DNA of 62,170 nucleotides from Pseudobacteriovorax sp. (GTDB lineage Bacteria; Bdellovibrionota_B; Oligoflexia; Oligoflexales; Oligoflexaceae): NCBI GenBank assembly GCA_050293845.1, contig JBNKNM010000014.1, positions 1 to 62,170 of the forward strand, read 5' to 3'. Shown piece by piece: positions 31,568 to 42,417 of this stretch (position 1 is its first letter; each line of letters starts with the position of its first letter). The notes under the pieces were generated by a model. It saw only the letters and a program-made list of their open reading frames with translations, ran no database searches and was not told where the DNA came from. The position numbers and the translations under genes were made by a program.

Positions 31568-33058
31568 TTATTCCCGGGCCCAGTCTCGACTGGCAGTTAC
31601 GGCCTTTTGCCAATGAGCTAAATAGTGAGTGCGCACTTCCTCTGTTAGCGAGGGATGGAAATTAGCATCTTTTTGCCACATGGCAGCGATGTCTTGCTCA
31701 CTTTGCCAGAATCCAGTAGCTAAGCCAGCAAGGTATGCCACGCCGAGGGCTGTGGTCTCCAAAATCTTGGGACGCAAAACATCGGTATCGAGTATATCGG
31801 ACTGGAACTGCATGAGAGTTTTATTGCTGGAAGCCCCTCCATCCACGCGAAGCTCTTTTATACAAAATCCAGCATCGGACTCCATGGCACGCAGGACGTC
31901 ATGGGTTTGGTAGGCGATAGCTTCTAAAGCCGCTCTAGCTATATGGCCCCGATTTGATCCACGGGTCAGGCCCAAAATAGTACCCCTGGCGTACTGATCC
32001 CAGTAGGGGGCCCCTAATCCCACAAAAGCAGGGACTAAATATACACCGCCATTATCTGATACACTTAAAGCTAATTTTTCTACCATGGGGGATGATTCGA
32101 TAATTTTCAACTCATCACGTAGCCACTGGACGATAGCTCCTCCCACAAAAATACTGCCTTCCAGAGCATAGTGGACCTGATCCTTGATTTTCCAAGCGAT
32201 TGTGGTAATCAACTTGTTTTCCGACTTGATAGGTTTAGTGCCTGTATTCATCATGAGAAAGCAGCCTGTGCCATAGGTATTTTTAGCCATGCCTTTTTCG
32301 GTGCACATTTGCCCAAACAATGCTGCGTGCTGATCTCCAGCAATACCGGAAATGGGGATGGGTTTGTCAAACAGCTCAGGGTCTGTTTCCCCAATAACTT
32401 CACTGGATCCTTTCACATGGGGCAAAAGGCTTGATGGAATGGTGAGGGTGTCGAGCAGTTCTTCATCCCATTTCTGCTCAAAAATATTATAAATCATGCT
32501 GCGCGAAGCGTTGGTAGCATCGGTAGCATGGATCTTGCCACCGGTAAGGTTCCAGATCAGCCAAGAATCGACGGTACCAAATGCCAGGTGCCCCGCCTCG
32601 GCTGCTTCACGGGCTTGAGGAACATGGTCCAAGAGCCAGAGGATTTTGGAGGCAGAAAAATAGGCATCAATTACCAAACCGGTCTTATTGCGAATTTGTT
32701 CTTCGACCCCTTTTGCTTTTAATTGATCACAGATTCCTGCTGTGCGGCGATCTTGCCAAACGATGGCATGGGATATTGGTTTTCCGGTCCTTCTATCCCA
32801 TAGTATTGTGGTTTCCCTTTGATTCGTTATGCCGATGGCCTTGATATGGTCGGCACCGCCGACATGTTTTACAACCTCTTGGGCACAGCGAAGCTGGGAT
32901 TCCCAGATTTCCATAGGGTCGTGTTCGACCCAGCCTGGCTGCGGGTAAATTTGCCGAAACTCGCGTTGGGAAATAGCCTTGATAGAGCCGTACTGATCAA
33001 CAATTAAGGCTCTTGAGCTAGTGGTACCTTGATCAAATGCTAGAATATACTCACTCAA
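31568..33058 (-). CDS. glpK: Glycerol kinase
   Basis: [30 protein letters not shown] and LRVDGG motifs. Confidence 0.98.
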   Translation of the reverse strand: MSEYILAFDQGTTSSRALIVDQYGSIKAISQREFRQIYPQPGWVEHDPMEIWESQLRCAQEVVKHVGGADHIKAIGITNQRETTILWDRRTGKPISHAIVWQDRRTAGICDQLKAKGVEEQIRNKTGLVIDAYFSASKILWLLDHVPQAREAAEAGHLAFGTVDSWLIWNLTGGKIHATDATNASRSMIYNIFEQKWDEELLDTLTIPSSLLPHVKGSSEVIGETDPELFDKPIPISGIAGDQHAALFGQMCTEKGMAKNTYGTGCFLMMNTGTKPIKSENKLITTIAWKIKDQVHYALEGSIFVGGAIVQWLRDELKIIESSPMVEKLALSVSDNGGVYLVPAFVGLGAPYWDQYARGTILGLTRGSNRGHIARAALEAIAYQTHDVLRAMESDAGFCIKELRVDGGASSNKTLMQFQSDILDTDVLRPKILETTALGVAYLAGLATGFWQSEQDIAAMWQKDANFHPSLTEEVRTHYLAHWQKAVTASRDWARE

Positions 33059-33163
33059 TGTTCCCCCCTCCCTTTGCTAGTTTTATTTTTTGCCAAACTA
33101 CCAGATTTTTAATGGGAGTGCCATCTGTGATAGCAGCACAGGGGGAGGAGATGTCTGCCAAGT

Positions 33164-33565
33164 TTAGTATTGTACGGTCAATGAGAGTATTCCGTCCCTA
33201 CGCTCGTGATGAATAAAGATCTTTTCCCATTCGGACTGATAGGGGATAGCTATAGAGAGCTGCGCCTCCATTTTTTTCTTCAAAGTCTGCAAATTTACCA
33301 TCACCTGATCAGTACATTCGTTAATCCATGAGGCCCCCTTAATGTAGGGGATAAATTGGCAACAAAATATTTTTTCATCCTTAAAAAGAAGGTAGCAAGA
33401 AAGTTTGACTCCCCAAAGGTTTAGGCGGGGTGTTTCGTATAGACGTATGCTATGCTGATCGTCCATACTACCCTTGGATTGTCTGCCTAAGTCCGAAGTG
33501 AGAAAGTCTTTTTCACAAAGGTTCCAAGAGATAGATAAGCTATTGTGTAAAGGGATGGCTACCAT
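33164..33565 (-). CDS. Putative immunity protein of the RHS toxin
   Basis: Small ORF immediately downstream of the RHS stop. Likely start ATG 33565 after AGGA. No signal peptide; function assigned from position only. Confidence 0.55.
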   Translation of the reverse strand: MVAIPLHNSLSISWNLCEKDFLTSDLGRQSKGSMDDQHSIRLYETPRLNLWGVKLSCYLLFKDEKIFCCQFIPYIKGASWINECTDQVMVNLQTLKKKMEAQLSIAIPYQSEWEKIFIHHERRDGILSLTVQY

Positions 33566-33575
33566 GATCGTCCTA

Positions 33576-36500
33576 CTAGTCCAATTTAACCGAGTATATG
33601 GGCTCCAGGTAGCTTTCATACTCCTTCAGTACAATTTGAGGAAGCCCTCCATGGCCATGTACCTTGTTTTCTATAGCCCTGCCAAATGCTACTGGAATTT
33701 CTTTTTTCACGCGATATGCTGTCATTCCCGGTCGATAGCCAAACTCTTTGTGGCGTGCAACTTGTAGACCCCGGAATAGACTATTTGCATTGTGCTGGGA
33801 ACTCGCGATGGCTTTAGCAGTTGTATAGAAATTTGACTGACCTGGTACGCCCCCGAAAATAACCTTCCCCTCTTTTAAAACAATTTGCCTATATTTATCA
33901 ACTCCAGGATATAATCCCTCTCCTTGTAGGGACTTTGCGAATCGTATCAGCTCAGATGATGCTTGATCAGTTTGTGTTCTTACCGTTTTACGAGCGGATG
34001 TTACTAAAGCCGATCCCGAATACTTCAATAAGGAGCGCAGACCCCATAGGTCAGGAAGTGGTCTCAGATCTTCCAAGGTATCAGCAGCAATAGTCATAAA
34101 TGCTCCGGCATTATGACGGAAATCAGCAGCTTCCTCAAGTGTATTGAAAGGTCTGCTTAAAGGTCCAATACTGTCATCAGCGACTGTACCTGTTGGATCT
34201 GTATGGTTGAGACTACTATTGGCAGCATAGGAGTAAAGGTTACATTCAGGGGGACTTTGTATACATAGTGCAGGCGAGCTTAAAAACAAAGGGTCAGGAC
34301 TTGTAAAACGACCTGATGAGGAATCAAGATCCCTTAATCCCAGTCTCACAAAACCAGTGAAAGTATCCCTCGACTTTTCCGTATAATCCCAAAATTCAGA
34401 TTCAGTAAGGTCATCTAAGCGATTTCCATAAGGATCAGACCAATTACTACCATCTAAACGGGAGCCACGACTGTCGCTTAAAAGTAAACGAAATTGCCCG
34501 TTCTTGAGGTAGCCAATAGCAATGTTATTGATCCTAACTATTTCGAAGAGCGCGCCGTCTTTTACGGTGTAGTCATCAATCCAGGCTAGCTTATCACCAT
34601 GGGCATCTGTTTTAAGGATGCGCTGTCCCGTTTCATCATAGAGATAACTGATGCTATTTGATCCCTTTATAACCGTGCTTATTTGGTTTTGGGGTCCATA
34701 TTGAAATATCATATCATTCAGGGATGAAAGGCGCCCCTGCGCATCAAAGGTGTAGCTATGGGAACCGATTTTAAATCCATGCTGTAGGGTTTCTATGGGA
34801 TAGGTTTGGTAGTTCTGGCTATGCTCGGTGTTGAGTCCATTAGCATCGTAAGCATAGGATGCTCTTTGAGAGCCTTCATTGACTTCTGTTAGAAAACCTC
34901 TGGAATTATAGTGATAGTTTCTTTCTAGATCATTTACCGACTCTCTTTCAATAAGGCCACGACTGTTTTTAGTAAGCAAATAACAAGAAGAATCGACACA
35001 GTGGCCTGTGTATTCATAATTTAAGGGGTCATAGAAAAATTCTATCTTATGACCCAAGTCATGAAAAATATCAATTGATGAGACTTGGTTAAGGCTGTTA
35101 TAGTGCACTTGTAGAAGCTCAGTAGCACCGAGCTTTAGCTTTGCAATGCGGCCATAATTATCGTAGATCCACTCTTTGCTAACAGAAATATCTTTTCCAT
35201 TAGTAAGTTCTAGATTGGCAATGTTAGTTTTTACTTCGCCGCTATCATAGTAATGAAATGTTTCAGTCAGTATAGCAAAATCAGAAATTTCCGTACGTTT
35301 TACTTGCAGCTTTTTATTAAGGGAATACTGGAAGGTTTTTGTAAAGTCATTACCAGTTACTTGGCTTAATAAACCCTTTTGTCCTGGAATCTTAAGGGGA
35401 GGATGAGTGGTATGACCATCGTAGTCATAGCGGACATAAGCTTGATTCCCATCACTTGTTAGCGACTCTTGAATAATCCTGCCAATGCTATCATAACTTA
35501 TACTTTTGGAAGCATAAGTGTGACCATTTTTATCAAGAAGGTCCACGTTTTCTAGAAGATCGGTTCCGGCTCTATATGCATACTGGATACCTCCGATATC
35601 ATCGCGAAATACGCGACTTTTGCGGCCAAATTCATCATATTCGACAATATGCTGACTGCCATGAGGCAACGCTACCAAGTTGAGCTTTTGATCAGCATCA
35701 TAAGCAAAGTGATAGCTATATCCGTCTTCGTCCGTAAAGCTTGTGACTTCATCTTGCGGCCCCGTGGTGAGCGAGGTACGGTAAAGCCTATTCTCGATGC
35801 TGGTAGTGATAAGGTTTTGACCAGAAATTTGAAATATTTTTTCAATACTCCGCTTTGAATCAGCATCGATGTAAATGTCAAAACTTAAAACTCCCAAAGA
35901 GTTTTTTTCTTCCTCAGCGATCATTTCATCATCTGGAAAATAGTCCGTCATAAGATCGGGAAGACTGCTGATAGCCAACGGCCGGTAGGTCTTAGTAATG
36001 CCTTCAGAACGGGATATTTTTGTGATTCCTTCGAGAATATAATGAGGGTTGGCTGTTATAGCAGTGGCGAGAAGTTTACCATTGGAACTCAATAATTTTG
36101 TGGTACCTTTGGTGAGTAAATTAGGGGTAAGTCTAGAGCTTGTAATGCGACCTAAGATTCCCGGTTCATATTCTTGATAATGATATCCTATAAGAGGAAG
36201 TGCTGCACTGGTTGCCGTAAGACTATCCCACTGCCTTGCTAAGCGTTCTTTACCATCATAAGAAAAATATTGAAAATATCTGCTGTCACCCCTTTCTTGG
36301 GTAATGGCGTTTGGTAATTCTGTTAGGGGGTCGCGGCTTGTAACAGAAGTAATAACTCCGTTAGGGTTGGTTAGATTATGAAGTAAGTTTTTTTCAGTAT
36401 CGTAACGAGCGCTCGTTGTACCCAAGCCCGGCCTGGTAATGCTGGTGTTTCTACCGTAATCATCAAAGCTTAGTGTAGCATGAACAATGGACGATACTCC

Positions 36501-39098
36501 TGAGATTTTGCGTATTTCATTAAGCTCTCCATAGGGGGTGCGTTTAAGTGCGGTGATATGCTCAAAATCAAGACGGGGATCGCTGTGCTTAGCTGTCTGC
36601 TTGATCATCTTGCTATAGCAGCCCAGGCTCTGTGCTATCTGAGATGGCATTTGGTAGTCTATCGTCGTGGTTTTAGTAAAGGAGCTTGTCGCCAGTATGA
36701 TTACTTGCGGGCATAAACCATTCACAAAGTCTCGTATCTCTTCATACCTTTTAGTACCACCTTTCCAATAACTGGACTTTGTTATTGTCCTTTTGAAATT
36801 GACACCTTTAAAGAAAAACTCTTCATTAGAAAAATTTACACTTTTCTCAAGTATGGAGGATTTTCGATCTGTTTGCGTTTGGGATTTAAGAATTATTCCC
36901 TGTAACTCAGAAATATTAAACTCTCGGACGGAACGATGAAGGGAGCTTACTTGCATCAGGCGCGAGAAACCAAGATGCTGGTATTTAGTGTTTGAAGCTA
37001 TGGGATTTTCATAGCTTATGGTATTGACCATGGCATCCATACCAGCACTTTTGTGAGTCATGGAGTCTATGACGAGCTTGCCGCTACCCAGATTTTTCAC
37101 ACCAGGAATATATTTATAGCGGAAGGAAAGCGTATTACCCTTGCCATCATCTATAGATTTAAGGTAACTCGTAGAGGTTTGGTTGAGTTCTAAAACCTTT
37201 GTTGCTGTTTTGCTTGATACAATTAGCTCTTGATTAGCGCCACCGGTTAGATTAGCTACATGACTATCAAATCTTGAAAAGAGCTTATTATAGATAGCAG
37301 GAATTTTCTTTTGAATGAAATCTTTGCCATTATTGAAGAATAAAAGAATATAAGGGCTTCTTCGAGCAACAAGATCTTTCAATCCATCCTTATTTAAGTC
37401 GGCAAACTTCAGACTATAATATGAAGGGTCGCTATCTCCTCCATGGGTCCCGATAAACCGAGCTGTGACTCCCTCTGAAAATTGAAATTGACTTATCCCA
37501 TAGTAGATAGTAAAAGAAATAGTATCCATGGTAACAATATCAATAAAGCCATCACCATTGACATCTACATACTGTAGCTTGTCGGACAGATGAAACCGTC
37601 CCTCGTTATCAATATCATGCCTTATAAAAGAGACTTCGGATTTTGTAGAAGTATTTTCATAGATTTTAATGGAGTGGGTTCCACCGTATACAATGTCAGG
37701 CTTGCCATCCTGATTCATATCGATGAATGCATCGTTAATGCCAAGATAAGTAGCATCAGGAATATGATACTCAGATAAAATCTGACCGTCGGGATCACAT
37801 TCCGTAATAACAGCAACGCCATTAACATCTTTGATGGAAACCCGATGTTTTTCAGTGTAGGGACCACGTAACCTCAGATATTCCGCTGGTCTGGAACCCG
37901 GCCCCTCTGATCTTCTGCAAAGCTTGGGTACTGCTCTAGAATGTAACTTCTTTAGTGGTATTTTAACGAAATTGCCGTCGGCCTGTTGCACATAGCGGGT
38001 GCGTGTACCTGCATTTTCAAAGTCGGTGAGACCATCAAGATTAAAATCGTAGAAAACAGCATCGACACCATGAAGGGGAATTTCTCTTTCTACTCCTAAA
38101 TACAGGTCAGTCAAAGCTTGATTGAATTCAAAATCAGCAGTGGTGATATAGTCATCATGAAAGTAATAGTCGAATTGTAATGACCTGTCCGTAAGTCCAG
38201 AAAAATAGGTTTTTTGGATGGAAACTAGATGAGCAAATGGGCCTAATTCGCTAAAACGATAGCCTAAGTCATATCGCCAACGAAGATGAAGCTCATCGTC
38301 GTCGATATTGTAGATTGAAATTGATTTTATAAGGCGATCGAGTAGACGAGCCTGTCCTGATTTATAGCTAACAACATGAATGCTTTCATAGCTCTGATAC
38401 TCCAGCTCTACTAAATATGCATGCTGATCTCCGAGGCCACCGTAGTTTATGGTATTTAAAAAGAGTTTTCCCGAATCGTTTGCTAACCAAGCTAAAACGG
38501 TGGAGTTTCCATACGGATCAGAAACCTTAGTCAATTTATAGGAGTAAATCCCATAAAGTCCCATCTCTATAGCCGAAAACTCATAATACAAACCATCAGG
38601 TGTAATGATGGTAGCACTATCATTATTAATGTTAGCTCTGACAAGTCCACTCGATTTCTTGCCATACCAAAATCCATCAATTCCAGGTCGCAAAACTCCC
38701 CAAGGACTGACAAAATAATCGTCTATATAATTTAGTTCCCCAAATTCGCGCCACCTCGTGACAGCCAGCTTGCTTGAAAAGCCCATACCCCATTCTTCCA
38801 TTCCTCCTGAAATCGAGTAGGAGGGAAATGGATTGTGAAGTAGACCGCCCTGAGCTTTTGGTAAATCAAGCTCCAGGGGGATACTTACTGATCCATCGGT
38901 CATGCTGTCTAGTTCGGGGTTAAACTGTTGCAACGAACCTAGAATAGAACCTTTTTGAGGCCGCTGCAGTTCAAGTTCGTTAAAATTGGTGACAAAGTTT
39001 GCATGGGACGTTGCGGTCACTAAAAATATAGCTATTGCAATGAAGTGCTTATATGCTAGCCACACTATGAGTTTACTCCCGACAGCCAATCCACTCAT
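33576..39098 (-). CDS. SpvB/TcB-like + FG-GAP + RHS(YD) polymorphic toxin with a C-terminal toxin domain
   Basis: Signal peptide (…TATSHA; alternative start GTG 39065). SpvB-like N-terminus GSVSIPLELDLP..GG...PSYS..GG...WGMGF. DxNxDGxxD repeats and YD repeats. RHS core GRFTSPDP…NLYSYAANSSLNHTDPTG, then about 200 aa of C-terminal domain. Confidence 0.9.
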   Translation of the reverse strand: MSGLAVGSKLIVWLAYKHFIAIAIFLVTATSHANFVTNFNELELQRPQKGSILGSLQQFNPELDSMTDGSVSIPLELDLPKAQGGLLHNPFPSYSISGGMEEWGMGFSSKLAVTRWREFGELNYIDDYFVSPWGVLRPGIDGFWYGKKSSGLVRANINNDSATIITPDGLYYEFSAIEMGLYGIYSYKLTKVSDPYGNSTVLAWLANDSGKLFLNTINYGGLGDQHAYLVELEYQSYESIHVVSYKSGQARLLDRLIKSISIYNIDDDELHLRWRYDLGYRFSELGPFAHLVSIQKTYFSGLTDRSLQFDYYFHDDYITTADFEFNQALTDLYLGVEREIPLHGVDAVFYDFNLDGLTDFENAGTRTRYVQQADGNFVKIPLKKLHSRAVPKLCRRSEGPGSRPAEYLRLRGPYTEKHRVSIKDVNGVAVITECDPDGQILSEYHIPDATYLGINDAFIDMNQDGKPDIVYGGTHSIKIYENTSTKSEVSFIRHDIDNEGRFHLSDKLQYVDVNGDGFIDIVTMDTISFTIYYGISQFQFSEGVTARFIGTHGGDSDPSYYSLKFADLNKDGLKDLVARRSPYILLFFNNGKDFIQKKIPAIYNKLFSRFDSHVANLTGGANQELIVSSKTATKVLELNQTSTSYLKSIDDGKGNTLSFRYKYIPGVKNLGSGKLVIDSMTHKSAGMDAMVNTISYENPIASNTKYQHLGFSRLMQVSSLHRSVREFNISELQGIILKSQTQTDRKSSILEKSVNFSNEEFFFKGVNFKRTITKSSYWKGGTKRYEEIRDFVNGLCPQVIILATSSFTKTTTIDYQMPSQIAQSLGCYSKMIKQTAKHSDPRLDFEHITALKRTPYGELNEIRKISGVSSIVHATLSFDDYGRNTSITRPGLGTTSARYDTEKNLLHNLTNPNGVITSVTSRDPLTELPNAITQERGDSRYFQYFSYDGKERLARQWDSLTATSAALPLIGYHYQEYEPGILGRITSSRLTPNLLTKGTTKLLSSNGKLLATAITANPHYILEGITKISRSEGITKTYRPLAISSLPDLMTDYFPDDEMIAEEEKNSLGVLSFDIYIDADSKRSIEKIFQISGQNLITTSIENRLYRTSLTTGPQDEVTSFTDEDGYSYHFAYDADQKLNLVALPHGSQHIVEYDEFGRKSRVFRDDIGGIQYAYRAGTDLLENVDLLDKNGHTYASKSISYDSIGRIIQESLTSDGNQAYVRYDYDGHTTHPPLKIPGQKGLLSQVTGNDFTKTFQYSLNKKLQVKRTEISDFAILTETFHYYDSGEVKTNIANLELTNGKDISVSKEWIYDNYGRIAKLKLGATELLQVHYNSLNQVSSIDIFHDLGHKIEFFYDPLNYEYTGHCVDSSCYLLTKNSRGLIERESVNDLERNYHYNSRGFLTEVNEGSQRASYAYDANGLNTEHSQNYQTYPIETLQHGFKIGSHSYTFDAQGRLSSLNDMIFQYGPQNQISTVIKGSNSISYLYDETGQRILKTDAHGDKLAWIDDYTVKDGALFEIVRINNIAIGYLKNGQFRLLLSDSRGSRLDGSNWSDPYGNRLDDLTESEFWDYTEKSRDTFTGFVRLGLRDLDSSSGRFTSPDPLFLSSPALCIQSPPECNLYSYAANSSLNHTDPTGTVADDSIGPLSRPFNTLEEAADFRHNAGAFMTIAADTLEDLRPLPDLWGLRSLLKYSGSALVTSARKTVRTQTDQASSELIRFAKSLQGEGLYPGVDKYRQIVLKEGKVIFGGVPGQSNFYTTAKAIASSQHNANSLFRGLQVARHKEFGYRPGMTAYRVKKEIPVAFGRAIENKVHGHGGLPQIVLKEYESYLEPIYSVKLD

Positions 39099-42000
39099 TT
39101 ATATTGGCTTGATACTTAATAGAAAATGCCAAATAGATTGTACGAATGTCACTAGGGTCTAGGCATTTAGCATGGCCACAGATCACAGAAAAGTATGAGT
39201 TAAGGCCTTTGAGTTCTTTTAAGGTAAAATTGGTAAAAGGAGACAGACCTCTTCCAGCATGGGAATGCTCGTTTGAATTTAACAGAGATATAATATCAAG
39301 TTCTTGATCTAAAGCTAACCTGGCACCCATGCCGTATGAAATGCCGATTTCAGCATCTGCTCGGTTGACAATGTAATAGGTCTCCAGTCTGTCCTTGTTG
39401 ACAAAATTCATCTCGGGACCCATCACGATATCAATGGAAGGATTATAGCTGTTTTCACGAATAATTTTATTTATATCAGCATCCGAGGTGTCAAATGCAA
39501 AAACTAAAACTGAGTTATCAACTACAACGCGGCTGCGACTGCAAGTTAACCGAAAGTCAGCCACATCCGACTGGTACAAATCTCTGAGATTAAGGTGAAA
39601 AGAAATACTATTCTTTTCAATTTCATTTCCTATAACAGACCACAGTGAGTTGGAAAGAGCAAAAGACGCCAATGGCATGGTGTAGTCATAGCGCAAATTT
39701 TCGTTGCTGTATCGCTCTGGTCGCGGTATTGCTACCGCAATCGTTGCCGATTGAATATTTTCACTCTCCAATATCATCATGGATTTTTCATAATCGAGTT
39801 CTTGTTTTAACAGCTCCAGGGCATGCAGATAATCATAGGCAATATCCACGAAGCTGCTAGAGATAGAAAGTGAAGATAGTTTTTCAAGCTGATCCATGAG
39901 GGGGTGAGAAAGTTTGATATCTGGATAATGTATAGAAATTGTAGGAATGACGATGCGATTGACAAATTCTGAAAGTTTATAAAAACGATTCTCTATATAC
40001 TTGAGTGAGGAATGCTGCAACAGATCATTCACTAAAAGTTTGCGAATGCTTAACTTTTTCTCGTTGTAGCTTTGGGAAGCTTCGATTCTATCTAGTTCGA
40101 AGGTAAGGTTTTTCAGATCTTTTTCGTACTGAATTATTTCGGCTTTTCTCTCTACTTGCAATAGTAGTTCAGAGATCCACATTTCAAAAATTCTGTTCAG
40201 AGTCTGGATGGGAGTGATGTCTAGTTGCATTTCAGCAAGAATACCAAACATCGTTGCCCGAAGGTTTGTTAATTCGCCTGGAAGAATCACACCCTTAGCT
40301 ATAGATTGTTCTACTTTGCGCTTTAAGCTGGAACTGCTAATCACAGCAAACATTGCATTGAGATAGCTAGTTACCTCTTCCTGTTCCGAGATGTATTCGG
40401 CTAGCGAAATGTTGAGTGGTTCGCTTGAAGCTTCAGCAGCAGCGCAGTCATTACCAAAAAAATAAGCTGTTTGCCCGGGACCGAGGATAATCGTATGCTG
40501 CCTATTGACCACTTGAACATTTTGAGCTATATCAGGATAAACTTGCCCTGCCGTTGTTATGGCAACTAAAAGACTGCCTGCTGGAGCCAATTTGTAAGGC
40601 GTGTGGTTCAGTCGCAGACCTCTCGAGAAACTAGCTGTAGAAACTAAAGAGTTTGCATTGACCGATGAATTATCTTGAGTTTCTTCTGTTCTTTTGCCTT
40701 TGCTATAGTTAATACAAGCTGTCGCGGAGACACCCACTGCAGAACCACTAATACCCGATAAAGGGGTGCCGTAGACAGCGCTAATGCAAAGGTTAGATGT
40801 TTGTGAGTTGTCCTGATATTTTGTAGTTCTATTAGCATGAGAAACACTTTCTATTTTTGATTCAGACCTACTATGATGGAGCATGTAACCCTCGGGGCCT
40901 GTGAGAGTGTCGTTAATATCAAAGTTGTTTTTCTTGAGAGCACAGATAGGAGACCATTGACCCGTAACTGTCATCTTGTAAATTTTTGATCTTGGTGTAT
41001 TGTTCGTTATCGATTTTAATGAAATTAAATTCAGATTGCTATCTCCATCATATTTCAAGTCTTGGGCGCTCATAGTGAAGTTGATATCACCTACGTGCTT
41101 AAGGGTAGAAAATTCCTGACCATCGATCTTTACACGAAGATTTTTCAAATCATTAATGTATTTGTTCATAAGAAGATCATGTTCAATAACCTGCGATTGA
41201 ATCGCTTCCATTTCTGAAAGCTTCACACTGATTTCATAAAGCATTTGGCGCTGACGATTTAGCAGTATTGTACGGGCCTCATGACTATCCATATTATCTT
41301 GAACCCGTTGCAAAAAATCTTTACGTTCGGCTTTTGCCTGATCTAAGACAAATCTATTATCATTGATGTATGTGGCTAAAGAACTTTGAATTTGTCTAAG
41401 GGAATCTTTAGCAAAGCCAAAGGATATATCTGTCCTTTTGCCAGAATCGTAACTGCCTGCAGCCTGCATATAAGAAACTTTGCTAAGATTACTGGTAAAG
41501 GCTATGACAAAATCTCTTATATAATGGGGAGCCTTATCCAAGTCTAAATTGCTTAAATCATCAATGTGCTTTAAATCGACACCTGACTCTTCTGATAGCT
41601 CTGCAAGAAAGGAGTCGTTATCTATATGCTGCTTTAGTAAAGCCATAGCTCTGGAAAGAACCGCTATGTTACTATTTGAAGAGTTCTCAAGGTTAGCACT
41701 CAAAGCCAAAGTATAAATATATTGGGTCAACACCTGACTGCTGAACTTTGTACGATTACATCCTATGAGATGACAACTGAGTTGCTGGATATTTGTTAAA
41801 AAAGTGATCTGCTGATTAATCTTATATAGAAGGTGACCAGATAAGCTTAAGGTAACGCGGGATTCATCTGTTTGACTTGTAATGCGATCAAGTAAGTAAA
41901 TAGCTTCATCGATGCTATTGCTATTATCAACCTTGCTGGTTACCACGGAAGAAAACACATCATCAAGCTTTATAATAATTTCGCGAAGATAGTTGTCTTT

Positions 42001-42417
42001 TATGGGGTTGGTATACAGCTGAGATTTTTTTAGTATCTGGCTGAACCATGAGTCTATATTGTGAAAGTAGGAGTTAACTTTCTCTGTTATAAACCTATGT
42101 CGCGAAGTAATAGGATCGGTATCGATCAGGTAAGGAGTATTGCTGAGAATTAAGTTGTGACTAATATTGATAAAATCTTCCTTGAAAAATATGTTGCACT
42201 CATGGTCTTCATCAAGAAAAAAAGCAAAATTATTAATACATTTTGTGACATGGGATGTAGAGCTGCCATTATAGCCTTCACATTTTTCAACAGCGTTAGT
42301 CATATCCCAAAAAATCGGTTCAGAGGTACAATTTATATATTGCAATATACTTGCCTCCTGCTGTGAGCAGGAGAGTATAAAAGATGCGAGAGCATACAAA
42401 GTAATGGCTCTAATCAT
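39073..42417 (-). CDS. Large coiled-coil lipoprotein, putative toxin translocation/pore subunit
   Basis: Lipobox ILSC; two long heptad-like helical segments flanking a Ser/Thr-rich beta segment; C-terminal GRGLSPF. The ORF is solid; the function is inferred. Confidence 0.6.
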   Translation of the reverse strand: MIRAITLYALASFILSCSQQEASILQYINCTSEPIFWDMTNAVEKCEGYNGSSTSHVTKCINNFAFFLDEDHECNIFFKEDFINISHNLILSNTPYLIDTDPITSRHRFITEKVNSYFHNIDSWFSQILKKSQLYTNPIKDNYLREIIIKLDDVFSSVVTSKVDNSNSIDEAIYLLDRITSQTDESRVTLSLSGHLLYKINQQITFLTNIQQLSCHLIGCNRTKFSSQVLTQYIYTLALSANLENSSNSNIAVLSRAMALLKQHIDNDSFLAELSEESGVDLKHIDDLSNLDLDKAPHYIRDFVIAFTSNLSKVSYMQAAGSYDSGKRTDISFGFAKDSLRQIQSSLATYINDNRFVLDQAKAERKDFLQRVQDNMDSHEARTILLNRQRQMLYEISVKLSEMEAIQSQVIEHDLLMNKYINDLKNLRVKIDGQEFSTLKHVGDINFTMSAQDLKYDGDSNLNLISLKSITNNTPRSKIYKMTVTGQWSPICALKKNNFDINDTLTGPEGYMLHHSRSESKIESVSHANRTTKYQDNSQTSNLCISAVYGTPLSGISGSAVGVSATACINYSKGKRTEETQDNSSVNANSLVSTASFSRGLRLNHTPYKLAPAGSLLVAITTAGQVYPDIAQNVQVVNRQHTIILGPGQTAYFFGNDCAAAEASSEPLNISLAEYISEQEEVTSYLNAMFAVISSSSLKRKVEQSIAKGVILPGELTNLRATMFGILAEMQLDITPIQTLNRIFEMWISELLLQVERKAEIIQYEKDLKNLTFELDRIEASQSYNEKKLSIRKLLVNDLLQHSSLKYIENRFYKLSEFVNRIVIPTISIHYPDIKLSHPLMDQLEKLSSLSISSSFVDIAYDYLHALELLKQELDYEKSMMILESENIQSATIAVAIPRPERYSNENLRYDYTMPLASFALSNSLWSVIGNEIEKNSISFHLNLRDLYQSDVADFRLTCSRSRVVVDNSVLVFAFDTSDADINKIIRENSYNPSIDIVMGPEMNFVNKDRLETYYIVNRADAEIGISYGMGARLALDQELDIISLLNSNEHSHAGRGLSPFTNFTLKELKGLNSYFSVICGHAKCLDPSDIRTIYLAFSIKYQANINEWIGCRE

